A stretch of DNA of 63,480 nucleotides, counting the filler, from Octopus bimaculoides (lineage: Eukaryota), in NCBI RefSeq assembly GCF_001194135.2. It is 3 parts of 3 records of this genome, joined end to end, with 100 filler letters (N's around TTAATTAATTAA, not from the genome) between each part and the next. Parts side by side here need not be neighbours in the genome. Positions count along the whole stretch, not along the records: positions 1 to 25,739 come from NC_068983.1; 2 more parts are not named here. One strand, written 5' to 3'. Under the pieces are notes generated by a model that ran no database searches, was not told where the DNA came from, and saw nothing but the letters and a program-made list of their open reading frames with translations. Of the stretch, positions 1-12,342 are shown piece after piece. Position 1 is the stretch's first letter. Every line of letters begins with the position of its first letter. The translations under genes and the position numbers were made by a program.

Positions 1-40
1 GTGCTCCAGCATGACCGCGGCCACTTGGCTGAAACCCATA
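1..40 (+). mobile_element. 3' end of SINE family A, cut by the window edge
   Basis: GTGCTCCAGCATGACCGC...GGCTGAAAC matches the 3' end of the copies at 3248-3630 and 29501-29835. Confidence 0.75.
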
Positions 41-174
41 AATAAATAAATAAATAAATAAATAAAAATATATATATATATTTACATACATACATAATAA
101 TGTATGACCGGTAAAATTCTCTTATTTTCTACATATTCAGTGAAACAGAAAAACACGTGTGTGGCTGGGGTGCA

Positions 175-240
175 TGTGTGTGTATGTGTGTGTGTGTGTG
201 TGTGCGTGCGTGTGTGTGTGTGTGTGTGTGTGTTTGTGTG

Positions 241-281
<41 letters not shown>

Positions 282-285
282 GCGA
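175..285. repeat. (GT)n microsatellite
   Basis: Direct reading; similar tracts at 770-865 and 6787-6852. Confidence 0.95.
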
Positions 286-795
286 CTGAGTGAGATTGGC
301 ATATATTCACAAGACTATATAAGTAGATGTAAACACATGTATAGAAACGTGACCCTTTTCCTTGTCCTCTTCTGATATATCCATATAAATTTGTTGATTA
401 TTTCTGTCACATCCTGAATTTTTTGATTTTAGCAACTTTCAGCAACAAAAGCCGGGAATAAATAATTTGCTTAACTTTTTGGACGGCATTATTATATAGA
501 GTCATAAATTTTCATAAGCCAAAGACTAAATCCTTAGTTTTGAAAACATAGAGAAAGGAAAGGAAGAGGATTCGGTTTATTACATAGAATTTATTTATTT
601 AATCAAAGCTCGTTATTCACTGAGAAATAGATTTCAATAGATGAGGACAAAGATATTTGTTTGTCAAAGAATGGTCGCAAATACATGCAGCTACATAAAT
701 ACGTATCTATTTAGACGTACAAATATTATTCGCGCGCGCGCGTGGGAATGCGTGCGTGCGTGTGCTTATATGTGTGTGTGTGTGTGCGTGTGCGC

Positions 796-871
<76 letters not shown>

Positions 872-1089
872 ATGTATCTGCTTGAGAACACCGGTATATA
901 CAACTGTATAAAAGGTTACTAGCTAATACTCACGTATGAATGTGTGAAAGTGAATGCCAATATGCTTACGTTTACTCATATGTGTGTTGTTGACACGATA
1001 TCAACGTCCTTCAATATACATCGTTATCCCTCAAAAGCAGGAAGGCGTGATGTTCCAAAAACTCATTCACTGCTTTCTGTCACTGAACT

Positions 1090-1730
1090 TTCTTTTAAAC
1101 ATTACTCTTTTCTTTGTTAACCATTACGGTCAAGATACAGAGTGGACAAAACAAAGACAGACAAGGGGTCGGGGAACGAATAGAACAACACCATGAAGAT
1201 ATACATAATTAAAAAAACGATGATGAATGAGTATAAAATCGGGTGAATAAACAAAAATGGATTGAGGTACGTGGCCTTCCCAACTAACCACATTTCAACA
1301 CTTAATACCTTGGTAGACCATTTACGTTTTCACTCAAACAGTTTCATTCACTCTCAACAAACTTGCTACATTCTTCCATCTTTTCCGAAATATTCCGTGT
1401 GACAGGCATCTTTTCACCAGCCTTATTTTTCTTTTCATATGGAAAAGGAAAAGTTAACCAACGCAAAGCTGGAGATGAAAATGCCTGTCATGATCCCTTT
1501 CACTCGCATCTTCCATACTACCTTCTTCGCAGTAGCTACTACACAGAGGAAACAAGCCTGCTCTTCCCTATTCAGAGAAGGCGGTGGAATAGTCTTAATC
1601 ATAAACTTGGTTTACAGCTGTAGTCTTCCCAGATGAAACAACATTTCTTCAACATAAAACCAAAGTTCCGAAATCTTCGGGCAGTGCACAATTGCGTGCA
1701 AAACAGTTTTATTGTCCTGCCAGCATCTTT
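1090..1730 (-). mobile_element. Decayed 3' end of an L1/Tx1-type LINE (ORF2 C-terminus plus 3' UTR)
   Basis: Minus-strand translation KTVLHAIVHCPKISELWFYVEEML...FLCVVATAKKVVWKMR...LFE*KRKW resembles the HxxxxC zinc-knuckle half and WxxR motif of L1/Tx1 ORF2 ends. Several stops; A-rich tail near 1090-1120. Confidence 0.6.
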
Positions 1731-1921
1731 ATCGCCACCCCACTTTTTTTTTACTGACCATACGGCTTTTGATTGTATATTTTATTTATTTATACATTCT
1801 ACTAATCACCAAAATTTATGCTGGACTTGCTACTGTATCGCTCTTTGCAAATGTTACTTTGATACCAACTTCTTTGACAAACATTATCTTTGTTTGTTGT
1901 GTTTTCAAAATAACTGAATAT

Positions 1922-1977
1922 ATGAAAATGGAGAAAGAGGACGTGAAATGTGATCTATCACCACGACTCATATTAAA
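1922..1977 (+). CDS. Candidate first coding exon of unidentified + strand gene (MKMEKEDVKCDLSPRLIL)
   Basis: ATG at 1922, donor AAA|gtaata; ends in phase 2, which joins exon 5128-5181 in frame. Confidence 0.3.
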
Positions 1978-3247
1978 GTAATATAACTATAAGTACGTCG
2001 AAACTCTAGAAATTAGCTAAAGTCTAGCATCCGTAGTACCCAGTTCTATACATTAAGTAGCCTAATTAGAAGAGATACTTTCTATGAGTGTTTGTTTGTT
2101 TTGTTTATTTTTTGATTGTTTATCTACTTTAAGTAAAGATATATACGTTGCATTAATTTATTGCTATTTTGTGTGACGATACTTCTGCTATACTTTGTGT
2201 GTATTATCTTTTATTCCGATGTTTTGTAATTTAGTTAGAGAGAAAGGATAGAGAGAAAAGGAGTGATAAGGAGTGATTGAAAGTAAAGTGAAAGATATAA
2301 TAAAGAACGAGCGGGAGAGAGAAAGCTATTTTCTGTGAAGAAAACTTACATTATATATTTTTAAAAATTGCAGCTAATTCTATATTCGTGCAAATCTGCT
2401 AATTACGACGTCATCGATTAAGAAGACTTAAAATAACCAACAAGAAAATAAAGTCATTTTTCACTTCATAGAGGTGCAAATTAAAATGTGGTGCTCTTAC
2501 TTATCAAAATAAAAGCAACAGCAATAATGGTTTTGAGTTACATTTTACACTTGCAAGATTTACACTTTGATTTGAGTTAGGGAATGTTGTGGAAATACTT
2601 GAAAGTTGTAAGATATGACAAGTAATGAAAATGAATGCAATGTGTCTGGAGTAAAATGATTTTGAACAGGGCTTGTTTAATTGTATCGCAAGAGAATACA
2701 TCTGTTATTTAGCGCGTTTCGAATGGAATATAATTTTTAAATGAAGAAAACCTATAAAAAGTTCATATATCATTAATGAACATTTCAAGAGGTGCAATGA
2801 TTAATTAGATCAGCTAGATTAAAAAGTGTTCCTATTAGTTTTCTGACTGCACTATTAAATCGGAACACAATAATTAACTCTTTGTCTCTTTGTTTGTATG
2901 AATGAGAACATTTTGAAATTTGTGCAGCAAAGACTGTAATTACTGAGATGCACATGCATAGCAAGTGTTCCAATGGGGGACCGTGTGTTGAAACAACAAT
3001 GATTGCAGCGTGGTAGACACATATTAACCGTTCAGAAACATACAACACTGTTGACTTCGCATAAGCATTCATACTCTAAACTGCGACCTGATTATTGAAC
3101 ACTTTGTTGCACAACAAGAAATTTATTGCTCTGTCTAAATACGCAGGAATCGGTTGAACATTAGACTGAATACTTCTTTGATATATCATTCACTTTGTTT
3201 ATGTAATGTGTTACTAGTTCCAAGTCTAAATATGAAAACTTTAAGAA

Positions 3248-3630
3248 GGCGCAGGAATGGCCGTGTAGCAACCAGATGGGTCCGGGTTCAGTCCCACTGC
3301 GTGGCACCTTAGGCAAGTGTCTTCTACTATATCCTCAGGCCGACCAAAGCTTTGTGAGTGGATTTGATAGATGGAAACTTAAAGAAGCCCATCGTGTATG
3401 TATATATATATATGTGCGTGTGTGTGTGTTTGTCCCCACACCATCTTCTGACAACGGACGCTGGTGTGTTTACGTCCCCGTTACCTAGCGGTTCGGCAAA
3501 AGTGAACGATAGAATAAGTACTAGGCCTACAAAGAATAAGTCCTGTGGTCGATTTGCTCGATTAAAGGCGGTGCTGCAGCATGGCCGCAGTCAAACGACT
3601 GAAACAAATAAATGAACAAAAGAATAAAAG
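3248..3630 (+). mobile_element. SINE family A (tRNA-like head, internal TA/TG microsatellite, A-rich tail)
   Basis: Head GGCGCAGGAATGGCCGTG, B-box-like GGTTCAGTCC, body GGCACCTTAGGCAAGTGTCTTCTACTATA shared with about 9 other copies in the window. Confidence 0.9.
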
Positions 3631-4211
3631 AAAAATAATTTGATAATAGTTGCCAAACACAGATTCTGAAGGCTGGTTTATACGGTTAGTTATGAATGAG
3701 CCCCAACAGCTTCACAGGGAAGTTTTAGATCCTGAATTTTTTTTTAAATGAACATATACTAGCAGTAGTATCACTCATACCAAATTACGTTTTCTTATAA
3801 AATGACACGAAGACAGACATAAATGCAAATGCTTATGATCGTCTGTTCTCGCCCTTATTCGGTTTCATACATCGGTAAAATTATTAAACTGTTGAGTCAA
3901 GTTAACTTTGAAATATCTACAAGCCTCTTTCACGAGAATAGCATATGTATGTTTCTGCCATATTTTGAACTTAACCTTTAAAACTAAGTTGAAGTGTTTA
4001 TAACCGTTACATAATTTCACAGGAAGTTAATTGCAGGAAAAAATTAGTTGTAGAAATGAAAATCTTTACGTTCAATCAATTTATGATAGGACAAGTAATT
4101 AATGTTACTTTAAATTATTTTTCACTCTATGAATGAAAGAAAGAAGCTTATCTCTGTAGGAATATTAATATACGCTTTCATTTTATTCGCATTTCCTATA
4201 TTCGTATACAG

Positions 4212-4222
4212 TTCCGTATAAG
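4212..4222 (+). CDS. Candidate 11-nt microexon (FRI+AG)
   Basis: Long pyrimidine tract ...tttcctatattcgtatacag|TTCCGTATAAG|gtaatc; phase 0 to 2 joins exon 5128 in frame (FRIRIYTKR). Confidence 0.3.
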
Positions 4223-4580
4223 GTAATCTGTCACTACAGAAAACCATTAAATATTTCTGCAGGTCACTGTTCAACTCCCAGAAGATAATTTCATTTGAAT
4301 GAACGCTCTCCTTATGATACGTTCACAACATATGAAGAATTCCTTTTTTTTTTTTGTTTTTGTTTTTCAAACAACTTACCTCTTTATTTTGGACTTGAAG
4401 TTCTCTTCTAAAAACATTTATTTATATATGCTTAATTCATTTGCTTATAAACCAGTGTACAAAATAGCCGGGCAGTGATCCCTAAATTTATTGTAATCGA
4501 CCTGAATTGTGCTACGATCATTCATTATTTTGATCGTTAATATATGAAAACAGCAAGTATATTTTATATTTATAATCTAC

Positions 4581-5006
4581 TTTTTACTCTTTTATTCTTT
4601 TATTTGTTTCAGTCATTTGACTGCGACCATGCTGGAGCACCGCCTTTAATCGAGCAAATCGACCCCAGGACTTATTCTTTGTAAGCCTAGTACATAATCT
4701 ATCGGCCACTTTTGCCGAACCGCTAAATAACGGGGACGTAAATATAACAGCATCGGTTGTCAAGCGATGTTGGGGTAGACAAACACAGACACACAGACAA
4801 ATACATACATATATATATATACACGACAGGCTTCTTTCAGTTTCTGTTTGCCATATACACTCACAAGACTTTGGTTGGTTCGAAACTATAGTAGAAGACA
4901 CTTGCTCAAGGTTCCACGCAGTGGGTCTGAACCCGGAACCATGTTTTTGGTAAGCAAGCCACTTACTACACAGCTACTCCTGTGCCTATTGGCCACTCCT
5001 GCACCT
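4581..5006 (-). mobile_element. SINE family A, full length, with a short duplicated 5' head
   Basis: Reverse complement of 3248-3630; GCTACTCCTGTGCCTATT and GCCACTCCTGCACCTATT in tandem at the 5' end. Confidence 0.9.
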
Positions 5007-5127
5007 ATTTTGTAGACAAACATTATCCAATTACACATGCATTTTCATTAAACGCTACAACTTTCTGTCTTGCTGTTAAGGACGTCTATATTAGTTAATT
5101 ATCTATTCAAATATGATATACCTACAG

Positions 5128-5181
5128 AATTTACACAAAACGCACGTTACTTAAAGGCAGATATATAGTGAATTATTGTAC
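5128..5181 (+). CDS. Candidate exon of unidentified + strand gene (IYTKRTLLKGRYIVNYCT)
   Basis: cctacag|A...TAC|gtaggt, 54 nt; only the phase 2-2 frame is open, and it joins the next exon. Confidence 0.5.
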
Positions 5182-5424
5182 GTAGGTATCAGTTTTGATT
5201 TTTAATATTCATGTCCCTGGGCAAGGTAATATTTCATGTCTACTTTCGCAACCTAAGTTTTAAATTATTCATAATTTGTGCCTATTAATGCTCACATTAT
5301 ACCTTTATATTTTGAAAAGAAGCAAATGGTATTAAAGATAAATTCTTTAGACTTAATTGACAATTAAACTACTCGATGCCAAAATGACTTAGATCAATAT
5401 TTGTAATAAAATAAAACTTTCTAG

Positions 5425-5506
5425 ATTAAGATTTTTTGCGCTTTCTCGTGGACCAGCAATGTTGAGAACGAAGGGATATGATTTATTTATGGATACCATT
5501 GAAAAG
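5425..5506 (+). CDS. Candidate exon of unidentified + strand gene (LRFFALSRGPAMLRTKGYDLFMDTIEK)
   Basis: aactttctag|A...AAG|gtatta, 82 nt, phase 2 to 0, GC-richer than its flanks. Confidence 0.6.
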
Positions 5507-6784
5507 GTATTAACGTCGCTTGTCGATATTTCCAAATATGTATCACTACTTGGAACTCAACTGCTTCTGATCTACTATATACTATCTAAGGTTTATAACT
5601 TTCTATTGGGACATGAATTGTAACGGGAATACTGCAGCTGATAAACCTATTTATGGTTTCGCTTGCTTTTAGCAGAAAATATTGTATGTCAAGTTAGTAG
5701 ACATTAAACAGATTTCATTGATATTATGAGTTTTTTTCTTTTTTAAATTTCTTTGAACATTTTTCACTCGATTACCAAATGTAATCCTACAATATGGGAT
5801 AAATGTAATTATTAACCAGAAACAGTTTTTGAATGTTTGTGCGGTAATCATAATTATATTTTCCTTCAATAATAGACATATGGTATCATGCATGGCTGAT
5901 TCGAATAATCGCTGGCGCCAACTAGATGCACAAATTAAAGAGAGCTCTTTTTTTTTTGTTATTTCATAGCCTGCTTTAAAACTTTCGTTTAGGATATTAT
6001 AGTACATCTACCGAAAATTCAATTATAGTTCTAATTTTCAAATGCATGGAATAACTCATAAAATACGAACCATGAGCGAATATTTGATTACATTAATACA
6101 TTTTAGAGTATATAAAATATACATTATCGCAGTTTACTAATCTTTATTAAATATACAGCATATATACAATGAAATACAATAGTTAAGATAATCATAATAT
6201 AATGTTAGCAGGCTAAGTTTGGTAAAATTCAACAATACATATAAAAGTACACTACTCTAAGTGCCGAAAAGATAATTGTTGGAGTTAATATCCTCATCGT
6301 AGATGCCATCATAGATTGTGACAGTTTAATTATGTTTGCATTATAGTTATTTTTATTATGGGATCGAAATTCGTATACTGTACAAAAGACATCGGTATAG
6401 TTTTATATATTCTGTACACAAGACTTATAGTTTTATATCTTCTGTACACATTCATAAGTTTGGTGAGTAGTGAACGTCTATTCGACATGCTGTCCTTTCA
6501 CTTGAACTTCGCACATATAAATGCCTACTACGGACTCAAACATATATATATATATATATATATACACCCACATAAACATACACATGCATGTAAACATGCG
6601 CGTCCACACACACACATACACACATGCCGAAACACACGCACATGTACAGTGAAGCCTATCGGCGTGTACGAACTAGATTACATGTGAATCTCCAGTCAAT
6701 ATTATATCAATTCTGATATTATGGTCTCCCAAACAGTAAAACTTCCCTGTTATTATCAAACACACCATAAAATGATATTATATG

Positions 6785-6854
<70 letters not shown>

Positions 6855-7066
6855 ATATACAAACTTCTTAGTAGCGCTCAAATGATTTGAACTGGCAATC
6901 CAAAATTCTAACCGAGGACTGACTTCGCGGAGTAAAGTGTGGCTTTAAGAGGAATCCAGATGAGCCTATATGGAGATAAGGATACAAATAAACAAATAAA
7001 CAAGCTTGGGCTTGATAAGTAAAATAAAAATACATATACACATGAATACACATAGGCGTTTATACT

Positions 7067-7128
7067 GATGTTTTGCAAACAACTTGAACTTGCAAGTGCT
7101 ATCAGTCGAAAGCTCTGCATACCGGAAG
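7067..7128. repeat. Copy 1 of a 62-bp direct repeat bracketing the HERO element
   Basis: Ungapped alignment to 10376-10437, 48/62 identical. Confidence 0.8.
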
Positions 7129-7129
7129 C

Positions 7130-10100
7130 CAGCAAGTGTATGATGTCATTAGGAAAGAATACGTACCGTTTCGAGGCCTACCTCCCAACGGCATCCTCGC
7201 TGAAATGAGACCCCGCGTGCTAGATCAACTGGTTTTCAGATATAGCTCAATATTCTTATAGCCGTCACTCATCGTCTCTTTTAAATCAAATCCAGTGGCT
7301 AGCCTTTTCTACTGTAGTGTGGATATCACTCATGGTGGTATTTGCTTTAATATGAGTTAGGCCTAACGTTAACAACAGTCGCCTCACACTGTGTCCAACA
7401 AATCTTTCTATTGAAAAATGCTCCGCTTTTCAGCCTGCGTCTTCACATTTTTCTAGGAGGTTTTACATAACGGTCAACCTTTCAAGCTCGAGCAGCGTCC
7501 ATGTTATCTTCATGAGGAAGCGTTAACTCGACTAGATTTACCACTTTCTTTCTTTCACGCCATATTGTGATATCCACTTTCTTCATAAATGGGGTGAGAA
7601 AGAATCATTGGCACCCTGGTAAGTCTGAAGCCACCTCCTAATAGCCGTTCCACTTTTCATCACTCACAGGAAGTTTCTTCTTGAAACGGATCTGCTGTTC
7701 TTAGCGTATGAAGGTAATAAAATTTCAGGTTGTTTCTTTGAATAGTTTTTTTGCCACTGTTGATGAGAGAAATTTGGTTCTTTATGGCATTGAAGATAAC
7801 CTTAAGAACCGAAAAGAACCAAATTGGTTCTCCAGTGAACAGTTGGAAAGAATATGTTTCAGTGTTCACTCTTTTCCGCATCTGCATATATCATTTTCTG
7901 AGAGGTTCCATCTTACTAGATTTGTAGTCCACCTCAATATCCCATTCCAACTTATTTTTCTCTCAACAACATTTTCTTCCCATTTCGTCACCTGTCCTTG
8001 TTGAGCGCATTGGATCAAATGAAGCTCTTTTCTCTGTTTCCCTTGAAGCTGTTCCTAACAACAGATCTGCTTGCAAATGGTCTAAACCAATCTGGGCCAA
8101 ATCCAAGTCCCTTCCAGTGAATTTGCCTTACACCCATGATATCTCGGTGTGTAAATGCAGAGAGAATGTCATCAGTCTCTGCTTCTGCATTGCACTTCCT
8201 GGCTTTTTTACATCTGGTGGATTACGCCTGATTTCTAAATCGTTCTCTCTGCATCATCACCGTTCGTACCTTTCCTGCTAACCCATCCTTGGCTTGTTTC
8301 ATAATTTGCATCTTGCGACTCATATCTGATAATTTTCCCGCGTATACACGCCCCAAGCTCTTAACGGGTTCTTCCTTGACTGTTTGAATACTTTCTTCGG
8401 TAATTTTAAACTTAACTTCTTTTTGCATACTACATGACTTTTTTTGCAGACTTCACGAACTTTTGCCATGGATCTCCTCTTTGACCACTTCATAAGCTCG
8501 TCTCGCTTCAAGCGGGAACTCTGCATGATTTGTTCGTCTGTCCACAGAAGTGACACGTCATCCATGAAGGCTTTCTTAGGTGATTGTACATGGGCGATTT
8601 GTTCTGAAAAGTCCACTGCTTTCAAAATCATTTCCATGACTAGGATAAACCACGTGGCAGATATTGTGCAGCCAGCAGCAATGCCAATCTCCAATCGGTG
8701 CCAATCTGTTGTAAACTTCTAGCTGTAAACCTCATCTCGAAACTGTCATAATATATCTTCATTAATCTTTTTACTTTACTCGAACAACGGAAGTGGTCCA
8801 TAGCTGCCATCAGTAATTCGTGTGGCACTGAGCCATATGCATTATATCGCTCAAGCCATACCATCTCAGACTTGTCTTATTCTGCTTGGTTTCCTGGATC
8901 GCTTTCCAAATCGAAAAGAAAAATGCTCAAAGCATCCAAGGATTCCGGCCTTTTGAACAGATTCACCAACATATCCATTACTCTGTAGATATGCCACTGT
9001 TCTCTTTTTAGAGAATTCCCGTGTCTTGCCTTCCACATTCAATAAGGATATCGGCTTCAACTGTTTTATACTCTCTGCATTAGTCTCCTTCCCTAGGTAT
9101 ATGCTTTCTATCTTACATTAATCCTCTACTAGAGTCTCTTCGCGCCACAGCTGTCGGCGCAGGACAAAGAGCTTATTTCATAGACGATTGCAATATTTGT
9201 ATACTTTATCCGAAACGTCGTCACCTACTGGAGCACTCTTTGCCCTAGCTTTTCTCACAAAATCATTCACTTCTTTTTCCCTGATGTCCCCAATTTGAAA
9301 TTCGATATCAGGTTCTAAGAGATGTTTAGCATATTTATAGGTGGTAGTGGTTGATTTCTCATTGGATCACTGTGTAGGTTTCTTTGATCTGAACATCCAG
9401 TTCTTTTGTGCAGGATAAAGTGTTATCTTTGGTTAATGTAAACAGCTTCTTCAAAAACTGTTCACGAGTCCTTTTGCTTTCTTTTCTTCGCTCATATCGG
9501 TGGATATGCCATTGCTGATAACGACATTTCCTTTTTTGACCTTCGTACAGCTGCGCGGGGCCAGATTTTTCGTCTTCCTCAGCACATTTCCGTTGCTTTC
9601 TTAGACTGTTTTCTTCCCCATCCACAACTGATTCATTTTCCTGATCCAACTGCTTGGACCAGACTTTCCTTTCGCTAAGCGGATACCATATTTCACTCCA
9701 AATAATTCCTTTCCTGTATCATATATTAAGCTTGCTAACTTTCCCAGTTTCTCCACTCTAAATCCTGTCATTCTATAAAGCGCTTTACTACCTTGTTCTC
9801 AAACTCTTTATATCTTCATTTCTAATTAGCAGCAGGCCACTGAACCCTCGGTTTCCTCTGAGTACTATCCCATGCACCAGTCTCATAACCTGCAGTTGTT
9901 TTGTCGGGAAGAGGTCGTTGCTGTATTATTTATCGACCCGCTGTGGTTTGAGTCGTGGGATGATTTGCCACGTGATTTATGACCGGTTCATTCACACGCT
10001 CTGCTCTCTTCTTACAAGTTTTTCCTTGATTTATCTTCAAACCTCTCTCGGTTGCAAAGGACCTAGAGCACAGCTTGCATCCAAAGTTGTTTGCAATTCG

Positions 10101-10375
10101 TTTGCTGTTCGAAGGAATAGCTGTCTAGGGTCATTTCCCTGTTAACTGGGGTTGATTCATTCTCAACTCCCTCTCCCGTTCAATCATGGGGCAGACATTC
10201 TCATTGGTAGTGTTTACCAATATGTTACAGAGGGGAGTCCACAGCCTCCGCCAATCTTTCCTGGCGTCGATAGTCCTTCCCAGTGACAGCTCATCATTCC
10301 GAACAGTGCCCTTGTCTTTCTATGATGCCTAACCGTCTTTCCGGTATGTCGGTGGTTACCTACCACAAGGTCTTA
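7130..10375 (-). mobile_element. Near full-length decayed HERO-type (R2 group, REL endonuclease) non-LTR retrotransposon
   Basis: In order on the minus strand: N-terminal finger CKLCSRSFATERGLKINQGKTC (~10030-10090); PISLLNVEGK and SVQKAGILGCFEH; NAYGSVPH; GIAAGCTIS; AFMDDVSLL (RT); CRCGKE*TLKHILSNC (CCHC); KVDITIW...VELTLPHEDN (REL core); KASHWI*FKRDD. Many stops and frameshifts. Confidence 0.9.
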
Positions 10376-10437
10376 GAAGTTTTGCAAGCAACTTGCACGC
10401 ACAAGTTCTACCAGTCGAGAGTTCCGCGTACCCCAAG
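10376..10437. repeat. Copy 2 of the 62-bp direct repeat bracketing the HERO element
   Basis: Ungapped alignment to 7067-7128, 48/62 identical. Confidence 0.8.
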
Positions 10438-10600
10438 TTCGAAAATAAGGCGGAAATAATTAATACTATCATTACCACAAGAATCACTTCCTCTTTCATT
10501 AATTATCCAAAAGCACGTGTGTTTGAAAAAAAATCAATCGAAAGCGCTCACACACTAGGAAAAATTTCTTCCAAAAAGGATAAACATGGACACAAAGACG

Positions 10601-10639
<39 letters not shown>

Positions 10640-10972
10640 TTATATATATATATATATATATACGTCGAGCTTTCGTTCGGTTTCCTGCCTACAAAATTCA
10701 CTCACAAGGCTTTGGGTTTAATGGATATAATGTAGGAAAAATATAATCATAATAGCAATAATACTTGGATGGAATTTATAAATATTTAATGCATTAAATA
10801 TCTTTAAATTTCATTCATAGATCATTGTTATATATCGCTGATTTTTCTACTCGTTTATATTCTGTTGTGTCGCTGTTTTTTCTACTGAGAACATGCTTTT
10901 TCGTGGTTGGATGATTCGGCATCTACTTCTAGCATTCAGGAATCCACATTTGCTGGTGATTCCTCTTATTCT

Positions 10973-11024
<52 letters not shown>

Positions 11025-12306
11025 AGTATTTGTATATTCATATATGTGTACGTATTTATGTTTCATTGTATGTATCTACGCGTGCATAACAAAACACACT
11101 TCAATCATAGCTCGCGTAACGATCAAAGGACATTTTATGATTTCTGAAGAGATTCACCTAATTCGAATTTTGGATCACTAAAGATTAATTATTAACGCAA
11201 TCTTATCAAGGATTGGAGAAGAAAAAAAAAACAGAGTAAAAAGAAACGCACGCTTAATTTGTTATTAAAACCTTTTTCATTTATCTAATTTAATCAACAT
11301 TTAAAAAGAAATTTGAAGGAAATTTTCGCAAACTGTAATTATTATAATTCCGTAGGCTTTTCATTATTGTTTGCCTCGTTCTATCAAATAAACGGAATAA
11401 TTAAAATCAGCGCTTTCATTACCTCAATCTGTCCCATACAGATAATATATAATAATAATGCCTCATTTGATAGTAATACCTCATTTGTATCTATATATTT
11501 ATCCGTCTCTTTTGTGTTTCTCTATTCCTTTCTCATTTTATCTTTCCATCTTCATTCTTTTACTTCAGTAATGTAATAAATTCAAACGTAATGGCGTAAG
11601 GACATGTTTCTTTGTTCCATCTAATCACTGCTAAATTGTTATTTTTTAGAATATAATTCCAGAACCCTGAAGCTATCTCCATTGTTTAGAAGATGTGTGC
11701 AATATTCTTGCTTGTTGTTTGGAATTTAATTACGAATAACTTGGAAGAAATATTTAAAAGTTTTAGGGATGTGTATTTGCTTCTAATAGCAATTTGAATA
11801 GCTTCATAAATGTTACGATACAATATTAATGAATGTTCATGTTTTCCCAATCAATTCATAGTGATAACATGAGAAATGATACGTTGTGTATATGACGTCA
11901 ATATTGAGACATCACAACTACACATTCCTACTGGGGCAAAACATCACACATTTGTAAAAGACGAGCACGGACATTCTGTATTTTGATATGACCTCTACAA
12001 TGATTTAGGCGGTACATCCAGACAAAGACGATAATTCTGGCATTTGGCTACAGAAAAAAACTTTTACTTAATTCTTTTTTTATTAATCGTGTGGGGTTTT
12101 AAAATATGGATTCGTTTTCTCATTACTTTTTCTTCATTAAATATTAAGGATAACATATAATTTCATCTGCTTCTATTTTATAATTCTGTGTTGTTTTCGC
12201 AGGATAACTTTCTTTCGTGCAGTGTATTTCCAAATGCAATTGGTTTCTTATGTACACTTATATGCACTACATAAAGATACACACCAACCGCGTGCGCATA
12301 TACTTA

Positions 12307-12342
<36 letters not shown>

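Noticed and set aside
104-922. ORFs rich in CV, YI, HT, poly-N, poly-I, poly-H or poly-A (here and throughout, e.g. 19149, 36557, 42670, 44539)
   Set aside because: They are translations of di-, tri- and tetranucleotide microsatellites.
11880-12060. Protein-like readings on both strands
   Set aside because: In-frame stops or no consistent splice pair; no recognisable motif.
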